Shown piece after piece: positions 61,953 through 64,000 of a DNA stretch of 64,000 nt. Position 1 is the first letter of the stretch; each line of letters starts with the position of its first letter. Both the position numbers and the translations under genes were made by a program. This stretch comes from Chrysomallon squamiferum. Taxonomy: Eukaryota > Animalia > Mollusca. Under the pieces are notes generated by a model, which saw nothing but the letters and a program-made list of their open reading frames with translations, made no database searches and was not told where the DNA came from. Where the stretch lies: assembly GCA_012295275.1 (NCBI GenBank), contig CM022672.1, positions 11,718,001 to 11,782,000 on the forward strand, read 5' to 3'.

Positions 61953-64000
61953 TAATTTTAGTTAAAAAAAATTAGATTATCATGAGTAGAGACTGTGGGA
62001 ACACAATCACTTTAGTGAATATAACTCAAAAAATTAAACAAACCAAAAAATAGCAGTTTTTGTTCAAAAATAGATGTAGCACCTGCCACCTGCAAACTCC
62101 TGGATCCATCCATCCTTTGTATATGTATATATATATATAAATAACATTTCCTATTTTTAATATAGATTCCTACTGATGGTTTGTGTATGCTTACACATGA
62201 ACAGAAGACATGACTGTATTGGTATCAACCTTTTGTTTCAGCAGTTTATAGATCTGCACTCAGGAAAAGACATCTTGTATTTTGTTGGGAAGATCGGTCC
62301 TGTGTTTACTGATGGGATGGGTTCCATATGGTGCAAGTCAGAGCACTTCATTCTCTCTTGTCAGTTGTGCTGAGTACTTGGAGCAAGTAGAATGAACTAT
62401 CTCATCAAAAGGGAAAGGTATACAGTCAGTGTGTGCAACTTCGGCTACTACGTCTACAACATCTTTTACAGTAGAGTGAGATGAGAAACACCTGACCAGG
62501 AGAGTTTTGAAGTTGTTTCATGTTTTATTATTATAATTATTATTATTATAATTAGTAGTAGCAGTATTACTATCATTATTATTATTTTAATATTGATCTT
62601 GTTAATAAATGTTGCGTATCTTTTTATGTGTTGTAAGCAGGGTCTTGTTACTATATATGTATATTGTGTTTATGTATGTACATGTGTTTGTATATATATG
62701 TGTGTGTGTACATGTATGTATATATGTTTGTATGAATGGCTGTGTGTATATATATATATGTATGGATCTACATATGTACAAGTGCATTCAAAATTTTCTA
62801 TACATATGTGTGTGTGTGTGTGTGCATGCACACGTGTGTGTATTTCTGCATCATCTCAAGCACACAACATCAGCAATAACAACACCAGCAGACATCTAGT
62901 GGAATGGTGGATAATGAAATACCAGATTTGTGGTTTATCACAGCCAGGTTAAACTAAATGTTACATGACTGGTCCCAGATTGCTGGGATCCTAGACACAC
63001 CCCACCACATCTTATTCCAATAAATGTTCTGGGGGGTAAATCTGCCAACTCTGAACCCACAGGGCACAGAAGGAAATATAGATACAGAAAATTTATGTTG
63101 CCAAGCACCAACATGTGATCCTGAGAGGAATGCTTTGAGGCAGAATTCACAGATGACCTTTGATCAAGATAGATTTTTTTTTATTTGCTGTAAATCCAGG
63201 GATGAGTTTCAGAGTGATTTAAAATGTTGTCATAAAGATAATAGTTTTATCTCTGACCATGTATAAACATAAACTCTGTCTGAGGTCTGTAAGAGAAATT
63301 TTCGGGGTAATAATTAAAAAAAAAAAATTCAAAGTTTATTATTCTTGCAGTCCCCAGCTCCTCAAAGAAATAAAGAAAGAAACCAATACAGAATTTAAAA
63401 AATTTTAATTTAAAAAAAAAGAAGTTAATTCAAATATAAAATGTTTTGTAGAATATTTTCTCCAGAACAATCCTCAGTTCATATTAGAACTGGTTGTCTC
63501 CCATTTGTTATGCTGGCACATGGCTCCATATGCTTTTCATTTGACATTCTTCAGTTCAGATGAAAATAATTAAATAAATAATAAAAAAATTAAATTAAAT
63601 TGCAAATGAAAATTAAATTATATTTTCCTGCATTCCATCTAAACAGATGGCAGATAAAATTAATTAGGAAAAAAATGTATTTCTCCTTTTAATATACCAC
63701 ATGTAATGCAAATATGCATTTTTAAAAAACCCCAAGAAATCAAAACATATAGATATTTAAATAAAAAGTAACTTTTGCTGGAGTCCATTAACAAAACACT
63801 AAAACTTACTGTATTCTGAGTACATTTCTATATAACCATTTCCTTTTCCCATATATTTGCTTTTAAATTTTTATGTTCTTTTAAACACAGCTCCAAATCA
63901 GAACCTTTCCTGTTCATAAATTCATTTTTAATTGTTTGAGAGAAAGATTCCCCAGATTTTAGATTTATTTGTTTAGACTTATGCTCCTGGGAATTGTAGA

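Noticed and set aside
62176-62520. Possible signal-peptide or first-discoidin exon of Ddr
   Set aside because: The minus-strand ATG frame I translated stops early and shows no hydrophobic leader or discoidin motif.
477-62952. Numerous ORF-track entries with poly-L/I/N/Y/H, SLSL, CVCV or ERER sequences
   Set aside because: They are translations of microsatellites and A/T runs.

Overview
Very AT-rich, microsatellite-laden animal genomic DNA; invertebrate, probably lophotrochozoan or molluscan (my inference from protein style and repeats, not proven). The window is occupied by one minus-strand gene encoding a discoidin domain receptor tyrosine kinase (Ddr, the collagen-receptor family of human DDR1/DDR2). 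I resolved 8 consecutive GT-AG coding exons (42108-41967, 23564-23472, 13636-13489, 5702-5178, 3557-3402, 2988-2497, 1143-815, 440-310; 2016 bp). Their phases join into one frame: discoidin (F5/8C) domain, DS-like domain, Pro/Thr stalk, TM helix, Tyr-bearing juxtamembrane region and kinase subdomains I-II. The signal-peptide and first DS exons were not found and probably lie beyond 64000; the rest of the kinase lies before position 1. Introns hold microsatellites, many minisatellites, at least 5 decayed copies of a tRNA-headed SINE-like family, a ~70-nt hairpin and GC-richer islands with TF-motif matches (PBX-HOX, MEIS/TALE, RFX X-box, CRE, octamer). There are no prokaryotic genes or CRISPR arrays, and I cannot demonstrate a new biological system. 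The best leads are hypothetical kinase-less isoforms created by exon-adjacent microsatellites, the missing autoinhibitory N-glycan site, and candidate intronic enhancers.
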